A DNA stretch of 64,000 nt from Malacoraja senta (Eukaryota): assembly GCA_038087875.1 (NCBI GenBank), contig CM075982.1, positions 19,592,001 to 19,656,000 of the forward strand, written 5' to 3'. A program made the position numbers and the translations under genes. Positions 13,901 to 23,625 of this stretch are shown here, piece after piece (position 1 is the first letter of the stretch; each line of letters opens with the position of its first letter). The notes beneath the pieces are model-generated. The model saw nothing but the letters and a program-made list of their open reading frames with translations, searched no databases and was not told the DNA's origin.

Positions 13901-16900
13901 GCCTAACCCATGATTGCTCACAATAGTAGGACTGTGTTTGCTACATATAGATTCTTTTGGATAGGTGTGGTTTTAAAATCAGTAATCATTGATCATTATT
14001 CTTATTTTTTAATCAGCCAATAACAGAGCTGACCACCATCTTTTGCAGTACTTGGTCTTTGAGCTGCATTTGTAAAGCAGTCAGAGAAGTGATTTGGTGT
14101 ATGCCTTTAAATGGGTGCTTGAGGTTTCCGTGGGATGAAGGGTCTGTTGAATCGATCCTGTCTGATGTGTCCGTGTTGCTTAATGCAGTTTGGTATAATT
14201 GGTTTAAATGGCAGGCACCAGCTGACATAGTCTTGGCTTCTTACTAATTTGTGGATAAAGTACTCTTAAGGAGCATGTTTTTTTTCCCCTGTTCATAAAA
14301 CCCTGGATAAAACTGTTATAGTAGGATCAGATGTTGCACTGTATAATTGTCAGTATTTTTTCTTTAACCTGTGGCCATTTCTTTGGCAGTCTTGCTGCTG
14401 GCTTACATGAAGGGAAATGCCAATCTGTGTCGAGCCATTGTGCGGGCTGGAGCCCGTCTGGGTGTCAATAACAACCAGGGGATCAACATATTTAATTACC
14501 AGGTGGCCACAAAGCAACTGCTCTTCCGGCTTCTAGGTAACATCACTGATTACAAAGCTGAATTTGATTATTGTAATTTGTGTATAGAAAAATAGTTTAA
14601 TTTTGAATAAAATTATCAATGGATTGAGAGAAAGTTGGTTACCTGGTTTTCTTTCAATTTGTTAGCATTTCTATTATAAACTGGTGTAATAACTCCACAT
14701 TCAGATATTATAAAGGCTCACTTGGTCATTCTTACTGACATGTAATTCATAGCAAATTAGGTAGACACAAAATGCTGGAGTAACTCAGTGGGACAGGCAG
14801 CATCTCTGGAGAGAAGGAATGGGTGATGTTTCGGGTCATGTCAAATTAGAGTTGCCTAATGAAGCAGCAAACAGAGGTCAGAGCTGTGCCAGATTGGTGA
14901 TGCTATCAATCAGTGTGGAAACACCCACCAAAGACAGCTGTGGCATTTTCCGGAAAGATTGGCACCATGCATCCTCGACATTGACTCCACATGTAGCTTG
15001 TGAATTTTCATCATGTTGGTTCAAAGATGAGCTGGGAAGATTCATCCTGATTATTATTCAATGCCATAGAGGGCATTTGGCCCATTGGGTCCATGCTGGC
15101 TGCTAACACAGCAGTCACATTTGCTCTCCATTTTCCTCTAACCTTGTAACTTATTTTCTCACCATAGCCATCAGTTCCTCTTTGGTTCTTTTGCCATCTA
15201 CCAACACCCAGGAGTAATTTTCACACCTTAGGGTGTGGATGTCTAATTCCTTCTCGGTTCTGACAAAAGCTCCAAGACCTAAAATGTTAACTTTTTTTCC
15301 AAAAATGCTGTTTGACCTGAGTTATTCGAGCATTTTCTTTTTACTTCAGTTTAACAAATGTCTACTTTATTTTTGATTTTCAGCAGTTTATAATGTTCAT
15401 TAGGTCTGAAATGCTCGGGTGTCAACAAAAGGTGTTGAGAAAAATTGTTCAAATATGGGGGAATTCTGCAAAGTAACCTTGGATACCATCTGGTTTGTGA
15501 TGTTGTTTCAGACATGCTGTCAAAGGAGCCCCCTTGGTGTGATGGTTCCAACTGCTTTGAATGCATCTCCAAGTTTGGCGTCACTATGCGCAAGCACCAT
15601 TGGTGAGTTGGGTTTGTGAGCTCGAATACATTTCACTCGTGTGAAGAGTTTGCCAGTATTATTTGAAGCTGACACTAATGTTACTTTATCTTTTAAAATT
15701 CTACACAATGTGAATGGATCCTCTCCCAGTCTGGTAGCTCTTCATTTAGAGCTGCATTAGCAGCAGGAATTGGCCATAGGGCGTGCAAGTTGTTCACCAT
15801 TCAGTGATCTAATTGTTGCCTGCCTGATCCTCAGAATTTTGTGACACGTACAAAGTAGCAAACCTTGGATGCAAATTTATTTCAAGAACATCCACAGCAT
15901 TGTCAGGTAAAGAATTCCAAAGATTCATAACTCCTTTGGAGAATGAATTCCATCTTCTCCACTCAGCCTTTATCCTGAGATTGTGCCTCCTTGCTATAGG
16001 TTTCCTACTGGAGAAATGTCCTTGTGGCATTTACCTTGGCAAGCTCAGGGAGTAAATCACCTCTTCACTGCCTTGAATGCAAAACATCTTTCCTTAAAAT
16101 GGAAACTATATATTGTAGTCTGTGTGAACTCTGAACAAATGTAGTAAAACCTCCCTTCTTTTGTAACCCATCCGTCTTGCATTAATAACATGCTAACTTT
16201 CCCTAGAACAAGGACAGCCAGCTTTCTGAATACAGCATTCATTAGTCTCACACCATTTAAGTCTGCTTTTCTATTCATCCCACCCCAGTGAATATGTTTG
16301 CATCTTTCAACATTGTGCTCCATTTGCTAACTTTTGGCTCTTTTGCCGAACCTACCTGTGGGCCTTTGCAGAATTTTTCATCTTTTAGTGTATTGGTATA
16401 CCATCCACTGATCTCACTGTCCTCCATGCCCTTCTTGGTGAATCCTATTGCGAAGTACTCTTTTAATAGCTTGCCTACATCCTCTGAACCAAGCACAAAT
16501 TTCCTCCTCTGTCAGTGAGTGATCTGACCTTATCCTGAATTACCCTCTTGTTTTTCTATGTATAAACGACCTTGCTCGACTTGCCAGTGACATTTCATGG
16601 CCCCTTTTTTCAGGCATTCTGTTGGTCTTTACTCCCTTTACCTTACCTTGTACACTTTTATTCTTTTTTGTGTGTGAAAGAAGCGGAGATATATCCCACT
16701 ACCCTTCCCTACGCCCGCTCACCCGACCCTAGCGTCGGTTTTGAATTTGTGTTCAACCATGTACACTTTTATTCTTGTGATTTAAATTCTTCGCCCCTTT
16801 GTTTTCTAATTCCCTACCATCTTTGATATATTCTGCACTTTGTCTCCTTTCTCTTTGTGCACCACCTGTTGTACTCGTATATGGTATGATTTGCCTGGAT

Positions 16901-19332
16901 TGTATGCAAACAGTTTTTCACTATCTCCATATATGTGATAATAATAAACCAATACCATTATTTTTAGTGCCTCCTGCATTCCAGGGGAAATTTGACCCAG
17001 TCTCTTCTTATAGTTCAAACCCTCCAGACTCAGTAACATCCTTATAAATCGTTTTTGTACCCTTTCCAGTTTAATAGCATCCTGTCTGTGGGTGACTAGA
17101 ACTGTACACAGTACTCCAAATATGGGAGAGTTTGGGCAGAAGGAAAGTTGAGGCGTACATTTTAAAACGTGATGGCAAGTGCGGTGTGATACTGAGGGAG
17201 AGTGCATATATTGTTAACAGAGCCACAGTAAACAGGTCAAAGCAGGGAAACAACGTAAAATATAAAAATTAAAGACTTTAGATGAGGAAAATGAATTGGC
17301 AGATGCGAAAAATCTGAAACAAAAGACAAAATACCAAACCATATATCAGATAGCAACTATGTAAATTAACATAACATGTCCGCCAAATCTGTGAAGAACT
17401 CGATGGAGAAAACATGTGCATTTTAAATTGCAATGGAGAAGCAAAGGAAATGTCTGATAGGATGGAGACCAGGGTTGCCCAGGTACAATCGTTGTATTCA
17501 GCGCTACTTAAGGGCCTGTCCCACGGGCAGGCGATTCCAGGCGGCAAGTGCGACCTAGCAGGAAGCGGAGGCCGCGCGGGGACCGCGGGGTCGGTCCCAC
17601 GTAGATCGCCGGAACCGTATGTAGTTGGTCCCGACACTGCGCGGGCTCAGAAAAACTGACACTGTCCAAAAATCCCGTGCGGCAACAGCCTGCCGCCTCG
17701 ACGCCGCACTCACAGCCTCGACGCCGCGAGCACCGCCTGGACCCCGCACACCTTCTCGACGGAGTACGCTAGCGCGTTGCGTTGCGCGATGACGTCATCA
17801 CTCGACGCCGCGCTCACCGCATGCATTCGCATGCTCGTGGGACATGCCGTACGGTAATCACTCGGCCTCCGCGCGGCAACCGCTTCCGGTTAGGTTGCGC
17901 TTGCCGCATGCATTTGCATGCTCGTGCGACAGGCCGTATGGTGGCACCCGCACGGCAGCCGCGCGGCTCCTGCTTCCGGGGAAGTCACGCTTGCCGCCTG
18001 GAATCGCCTGCCCGTGGGACAGGCCCTTTAGTTACAGCTGCGCCAGTATCTGTTCCCATATCTGGTTACATAATTATCCGATTAGCTTAACTGACAGATC
18101 GCTTGTTTTCTGTAGATGAATAGTGTAACAATCCAAAAAAAACAACTAGTTTAATATTGCTTTTAGAACTTAAAAACTTTAGAATGATGACCAAATTCCT
18201 GACATTTATACTCTGGTACACCCATTTAAACTGCTTTTAAACCTGGTTAGTTTTGATGCCAACTTCTCAAAGCTTAAATGTTTGTGGCTTGGTTTGGTAA
18301 CACACCACCCTCTGAGTGAGAAAGATGAGGATTCCAGCCACCTGATCACAGAAACTGGGCTCTTGGGGTCTAACCAAAGGGTATTACAGCACCAGGAGTG
18401 CTGCCTTTTAGGTGAGACAGTGCTTGGTAAGTGGAAAAGGAAAAACCTTTACTGTTATTTGAAGAACAGAGTTGTTCTTCCAGAGCACAGTCCAATAACA
18501 ATCCACAACTTATGTTATTAGAAGACATTATCTGTTTGCTCACACTATGTTTTCGCTCTTGTGCAAACTAGCTGCAATGTTACCCAATATTACAATGATT
18601 CTTTAACGGAACCATTAATGATAAGTGCTTGGAGTGACATGGAATTGGGAAATTGAATTTTATTCATGCAAAGTTTGAACAGCTAATTAAATAGTTGTCT
18701 GTCTCCTGTCTGTCTTGACCATATTTTGAAACTATTTTACTTCGTCAAGTTTATTCGTCACATGCACATACGAGATGTGCAGTGAAATGAAAAGTGGCAA
18801 TGCTTGCGGATTATGCAAAAAAACTACAAAACGGAATGGAACAGAATCACATATTCACATATTCCATATTTGTGGGAGGAAAAAAAAGAAAAAACAGCAA
18901 TTTTAAAAAGACACCACACAACAGTAAATTGGTACAGTAAGTTAGTCCCTGGTGAGATAGGAGTTTGCAGTCCTAATGGCCTCTGGGAAGAAACTCCTTC
19001 TCATCCTCCTTTTTATTTCACTCCAGAAAAATCATGGTTTAATTGTAATAGTCTATTGTGTCACAAGCCGCCAGCAAAGAAGATGGTACTGTTTAATAAC
19101 ACTTATAAAGATATGTAACTGATGAAAAGATGGTGTGGGGAAGGTTGTGCTGCTTCCAGGGCTGCTCATTGTTGACCTGATTACCCTTTGTCTTCACAGC
19201 CGCCATTGTGGACGATTGCTGTGCCACAAGTGTTCAATGAAGGAAATTCCCATCATCAAGTTTGATTTGAACAAGCCTGTGCGAGTGTGCGACATATGCT
19301 TCGATGTCCTGACACTGGGTGGAGTCTCTTAG
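1779..19332 (+). CDS. ANKFY1: ANKFY1 (rabankyrin-5), 3' part; coding exons join(1779..1935,4875..5075,8959..9135,10389..10536,11786..11876,13096..13220,14390..14536,15512..15602,19200..19332); 5' exons upstream of window
   Basis: Spliced translation is continuous with consistent phases and recognisably ANKFY1: ankyrin repeats (TPLHMAASWG, TPIHVAI, TPLHLAVQAG, TALHLAAQQ) then FYVE (WCDG...RKHHCRHCG...RVCDICF) ending LTLGGVS*. Confidence 0.97.
2281..2746 (-). mobile_element. CR1 LINE 3' end fragment
   Basis: Reverse of the (TTTCTATG)n tail and CR1 C-terminal region; same family as 26904-27312 and 36244-36713. Confidence 0.85.
3378..4383 (+). mobile_element. Penelope-like retroelement, 5'-truncated: GIY-YIG endonuclease region plus pLTR with hammerhead core (4297-4324)
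   Basis: FTCTSSNLIYCIRCSRCQLLYIDENKHRLGDRFAEH is the PLE GIY-YIG signature; it is followed by CTGAAGAAGGGTCTCGACTCGAAACGCC. Confidence 0.88.
4875..5075 (+). CDS. ANKFY1: ANKFY1 exon (DAEGRTPIH...GAAEQ), GC donor
   Basis: caag| acceptor; ends CAG|gcaaga; 67 codons, phase 0/0. Confidence 0.92.
5419..5625 (+). mobile_element. Rex/L2-type LINE RT C-terminal fragment
   Basis: SWTTHIEVTTKRAHQYFYFLR resembles the post-RT region of the 12050-12940 element. Confidence 0.55.
7749..8410 (+). mobile_element. Penelope-like fragment with nested antisense pLTR mini-element (about 7881-7997)
   Basis: ETKRRLADRFTEHLRSV-like GIY-YIG tail; hammerhead cores at 7943-7970 (-) and 8329-8356 (+). Confidence 0.8.
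8415..8845 (-). mobile_element. CR1 LINE C-terminal fragment
   Basis: SGHGFKVSRAKFKRDVGTCFLQRVVIAWNVL is the CR1 ORF2 C-terminus. Confidence 0.8.
8959..9135 (+). CDS. ANKFY1: ANKFY1 exon (IDNKGRNFLH...IIVRNL)
   Basis: acag| acceptor, CTG|gtaaga donor. Confidence 0.95.
10389..10536 (+). CDS. ANKFY1: ANKFY1 exon (LLAGAKVNELTKH...ENGNN)
   Basis: ccag| acceptor, G|gtaatg donor. Confidence 0.95.
11786..11876 (+). CDS. ANKFY1: ANKFY1 exon (ALHLAVMHGRLN...EVFNLR)
   Basis: poly-T tacag| acceptor, AG|gtatga donor; translated by hand (not in ORF track). Confidence 0.94.
12050..12940 (-). mobile_element. Rex/Babar-like LINE, 5'-truncated RT plus 3' tail
   Basis: KFTDDTTLIGLI...RQEVTQLASWCHCNNLELNALKTVEL and KKAQQRMYFLRQLRK pieces; CCAATAAA and (ATTCA)n-like tail. 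Confidence 0.8.
13096..13220 (+). CDS. ANKFY1: ANKFY1 exon (GQSPMHVLGHYGKEN...DAEGNT)
   Basis: tgcag| acceptor, CAG|gtaggt donor; phase-compatible with neighbours. Confidence 0.94.
14390..14536 (+). CDS. ANKFY1: ANKFY1 exon (VLLLAYMKGN...LLFRLL)
   Basis: ggcag| acceptor, AG|gtaaca donor. Confidence 0.95.
15512..15602 (+). CDS. ANKFY1: ANKFY1 exon, FYVE N-half (DMLSKEPPWCDG...RKHHC)
   Basis: ttcag| acceptor, TG|gtgagt donor; WxxD and RKHHC motifs. Confidence 0.95.
15740..16340 (-). mobile_element. Old degraded CR1 fragment
   Basis: MEHNVERCKHIHWG and GVMNLWNSLP remnants. Confidence 0.6.
17511..18027. mobile_element. PIF/Harbinger-type MITE (non-autonomous), 517 bp
   Basis: About 38-bp perfect TIR AGGGCCTGTCCCACGGGCAGGCGATTCCAGGCGGCAAG; TTA TSD at 17508-17510 and 18028-18030; CpG-rich. 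Confidence 0.88.
19200..19332 (+). CDS. ANKFY1: ANKFY1 last coding exon, FYVE C-half
   Basis: cacag| acceptor; RHCGRLLCHKC...PVRVCDICFDVLTLGGVS then TAG. Confidence 0.96.
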
Positions 19333-22300
19333 TACTTGTTAGAGTTGCTCTCTTGTTTGTGTTTTACCAGCACTACACAATGCCTTTTCCAGCAGCTGGA
19401 AGGTCGAATTGGACTAGCACCTTTAAAGAAAAGTCTAAACACTTGAAGATTGCATTGTATTACTCAGATTGAAATTATGCTGTTTGATTGTAATAAGGGA
19501 CTTGATGGCATTAATGAATGAGCAAATGCATAGCCACGTGAATCACTCAGAGTTGAGTGCAGGTGCTTCTGGCTGGGATTGGTATGAGCCTATTCTTACA
19601 GGGTTGTATGGTAGAAATATTCAGGACCTGGGGGTGTTTCAAATGAGCACACTCCAGTTCTGTTCTACTTTGTATTTTTTTAAATCCTTTCTCATTAATC
19701 ATAGGTAATGCTTTTTTCCCTTCTCCAGATCCATTCAAAATATAATCTTCAATATCATTGGGAAGTCACACTTGTGACAGTGTAGACTAACTCAACAATC
19801 CCTTGAGGGTATTGACTATCCACTTCTCACATGGACTATGTATGGCAAATGCTTCAATTTAGAATGATCATTCTTCATCTATACATGACAGCAATTGACT
19901 TGCTGATTAGCTCTCTCTGGGAAGAAATTGGTAACACTAATTTATTTTACCAGTACAGTGGCTGTGCATTTAAAAAGGGAAATGGCATATATTTGAACTA
20001 AATGCATAGCCTACTCTGTGGTAGAATATAGTTTCTTTTAAACTGGAAAAACATAACTTTTAAAATATATCTGCTTAGTACAGTAACAAACTAATCTTTA
20101 GGAAGCTAATTCTGTAGTCTATAGTATTTGAACAGAATGTTTCGCCTTTTCATTAATTTCAGTTTTAGTTCATTAGGGTCTGTTTGCTGGATTCCCCTTG
20201 TAAGGAGCAGTGCAGACTTGGCATGCGGCTTGTTCTAGGATCACCTCACTGGGTAATGGATGTGCTCCAACTAGAATAGGGGAGATTAGTTTGCTGGAAA
20301 CCCTGCCATGGGAGTCATTAATCCATCGGGTGCTGGGCGCACACATTAAGCTTTGGTCATAAGTCACAAAGAAGCCACTTTTGTTATGTGTGAATGATAC
20401 TCGGGCATCCCTGAACAAGAGAATGTTACATTTTGAAAATTATTCCACTTTGTCAAGATTTGCTGCATGACATGCAGTGAAAATTGTATAAAATATTTCA
20501 GAACAAAATGTATTTTAAGCAGTTTGTGCAGTGCTAAACAATGCTTTAATGTGTTTTGGCAAAATTTCCCATTGCATTATAACTTAATCCATTGGAATAT
20601 AAACCCTGCTGCTTTGAGCCTGAATAGTTGATATCTTACGTTGACATCCCATGTATAATTCTGTTATACTCTGTAATATTGCTTGCTCTGCACTTATTGA
20701 CGGGATGAAGGGTAAACTAGACCTTTGGAAAGGTTTACATTCATTTCTTTGTTGAAGTCACCAACTTGTTGAATAACATTCCATGTGTAATACGATGTTG
20801 GTGCATTTGTAATGCAGCTTGTGTGCCTTGTGAAGCTGCTTATATAATTAAACTCTATTGGAGGCTTCTGGCTAACAACAATTGCTTTGAACTAATGTGG
20901 TAGTATTAAATTCCCTTTAAAGTTTAATGATGGGGTAGATTCAAGACACTATTTACTTGGCATGATTATGTTCTTCTTTCATGGTCTTGTTTGCTAAACA
21001 TCCTAGGGTAGCTATGTTATTTCACTAATTTGCCCAATTATATTCATGCTAAAGCTTGCCAGAAACAAAGCCAAGCTCGCTGATTCTTCAGAGCCAAGAC
21101 ACAATCAATCCGTTCTAGTATAAGGAGGAGCATTAGATTTTAGTAACCGTTTTTCCAGATACTCAGTGCTTTCAGGTGTTGGCCTGTGACATTGAAAGCA
21201 ATAAGTAATGGGTGTAACAAAAATCAGGGATCCTTCAATCCTACGATGTTTCAAGGACTGATTTAATGGTTCAGTTTGATGATGGCTGTTCATTGAGATC
21301 AATCAATAGAAGCACTGCCTTTGTGATTTCTGTATCAGTTCAGCATGTGGATAGGTTGAGCAATAATTGGCCAACGTTGCTTATTGTTTGCTCATTAAAC
21401 TAGATTTCCAGTTAATTCCTGCAACCACAGTCAGAGGCTGTTGTCCTGGTAGGAACAAACTACCCATTAGGTCAGCAATTGCTTGTGGCGGTCAAATTGC
21501 AGCAAAAGCACCAACATCTTATTCCATCTACTCCCTACTCCTTCCAGTGCCTATGTTCTTTTAGTCTGCTGAGTAATGAGTAACCTCAATCCATTGAGGA
21601 CTGCATCATGTCAAACACCAATGCTCCACGTTCATCCAAACCTTCTATAATGAGAAGTGCTTTATGAATAAATCCACAGAATATTACAAAAGAACAAATG
21701 AATTTATAGAGATCTGTTTGAGTAGCTAGTGCTCAATGGGTTAAAACTTTTATTTTGGACTTTATCTCCACTTCATTTTTCAGTGTTAGAAGAGATCTGT
21801 TTTGCACTTGCATTTAAACCTGTTGCACAATTGTCCTATAATAATGTATGTTTACTTATGTTTACAGTGTGTAGGCAAATAAGTCAGTGCAGCAACATTG
21901 ATTATCCAGGATGTTGCTAACACTGGTGCTTGCGGATGTAGAGATCAATATTGCCACCTTTGGTAACAGAAGCCTGACTGTAATTCTCGGTCATAGTGAT
22001 GAAAGGTGGTCATAGACCAGAATCATGTGTAGATGTGGCTTGAGCTATGGATCAGTATTACTTTAATGGGTATTCCTGTGAAATGTCAGAACACTAATAC
22101 ATGTCAGTGTGATTTGGAAGCCACCATAACTACTTTGATGTATTTTTAAATATACACAGACACATCATACAGTAAACAGTAAATTTAATTTGCATCTGGT
22201 TGCCTACATTATGAAAAATATAAAATTTGCATATTTACAGTGCCTATTCGTTTGAACAGCAAACACCAGTACTTAACATCCCACAGTGCTGAGTATCATG

Positions 22301-23414
22301 TCATAATGCCATTACTTTAGGTCATGGTCAGTACAATCTCTCACAGGAATGGAGTACAAGTAGCCTTAAGCCTGATTGTTCACAGATGGAACAGGTGTAC
22401 ATATCCAGGAAGAAGCAATGCATACTTCAATTCTTCCTTTTTGTCTCATGGTATTATATACCATCACCTGGCCAAGGTAATGGTATATAATACCATGAGA
22501 TGAAAAGGAAGGTGCATTTATTTCTGTTTCAGGGATAAAGCCACCTTAAGAAGATTGATGCTTATCTTTAGGGTGGGGGAGAGAATCCAAAGATTACAAC
22601 TAGAATCGGGACTAGCTCCAAGTAGCTCAGAATTGCAGGCTCTAGCCTCCTTGAGTAAATTTATCACACGGTCAACTTGCAGGCTTTCAAGAGCAGAGAT
22701 GCAGTGCCATGTGCACAGCAGCAGTTTCATTCAGCTGCACTCTGTGCAGTAATATATTAATAAACCAACAGCAGCACAGCAGCAGCTGGAAATCCAACAA
22801 AAACGAAAGCAATGAAAAAGCACAAGCAGCTACGTAATTTGGCACTTGTGCACCATTGTCCCCAGAACGTTAAGTCAAACGATAAAGTACAAGTGGTCAC
22901 CTGAGTCAAGTATAAAGTGAAATGCACAATTTGGCTTCATCTTGCCCTTGAAAGAAAAGTACAGCCATTTCTATTAAGCACACAGAAGAAGAAAAACTGT
23001 GTTGAGGAGAGTGACTCAACTACAAAATGTGAATAACAGGGTGAGGCCTCAGTAGTACGTTTGATTTATGATGAACAATGGTGAATCATGGAGTTCAGAA
23101 ACTCTCATGACTATTGATGACATCGCTGCCCACTCTTCTACATTTTGTTTTGCAAGAATTTGTTTTACATCAGACAGTTTAGGAACTCAAGGCTGCAGGG
23201 GAAAGGATATTTCGAGGAATCAACTTCATTGGAAACAAAACTACACGTTCCCCTCCAAACCCTCAATACTATCTTGACACTATTATTCAGTCAAGCATCA
23301 AGAACAATACCCCTAAAGGAATAGTCTCTTTGACTGATTTATCTCCCCCCCTCCCCCCCCATTTATATAAAAGTTTAAATATTGATGGCCTCTATGCTGG
23401 CCTACAAGAGAACA
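19333..23414. other. Convergent 3' UTR region of ANKFY1 (+) and CYB5D2 (-)
   Basis: Lies between the two stop codons with no recognisable TE; AATAAA on + at 21667 and 22759, on - at 22517 and 21749; actual poly(A) sites unknown. Confidence 0.6.
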
Positions 23415-23625
23415 CTATTCATCCACAATGGCACAAAAGTGTGAAAGGCTGTGGCATCCTGGATATTCTCGCAGGGCAGGGTTGTCCAGGTCTCCTCTGG
23501 AGTGAGCTGAATCGGGTTGATTCAATGCTGGTCCATCTGTACGCACACAGGCACAGCGATGGTTCTTTGATCCAGCCGTGTACAATTTGCGTGGGACTCC
23601 AACCCAATTCCTTTCTACTCCTCCA
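23415..23625 (-). CDS. CYB5D2: CYB5D2 last coding exon (SGGVERNWVGVPRKL...CAIVDE*)
   Basis: tttccag| acceptor, TAG at 23415-23417. Confidence 0.95.
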
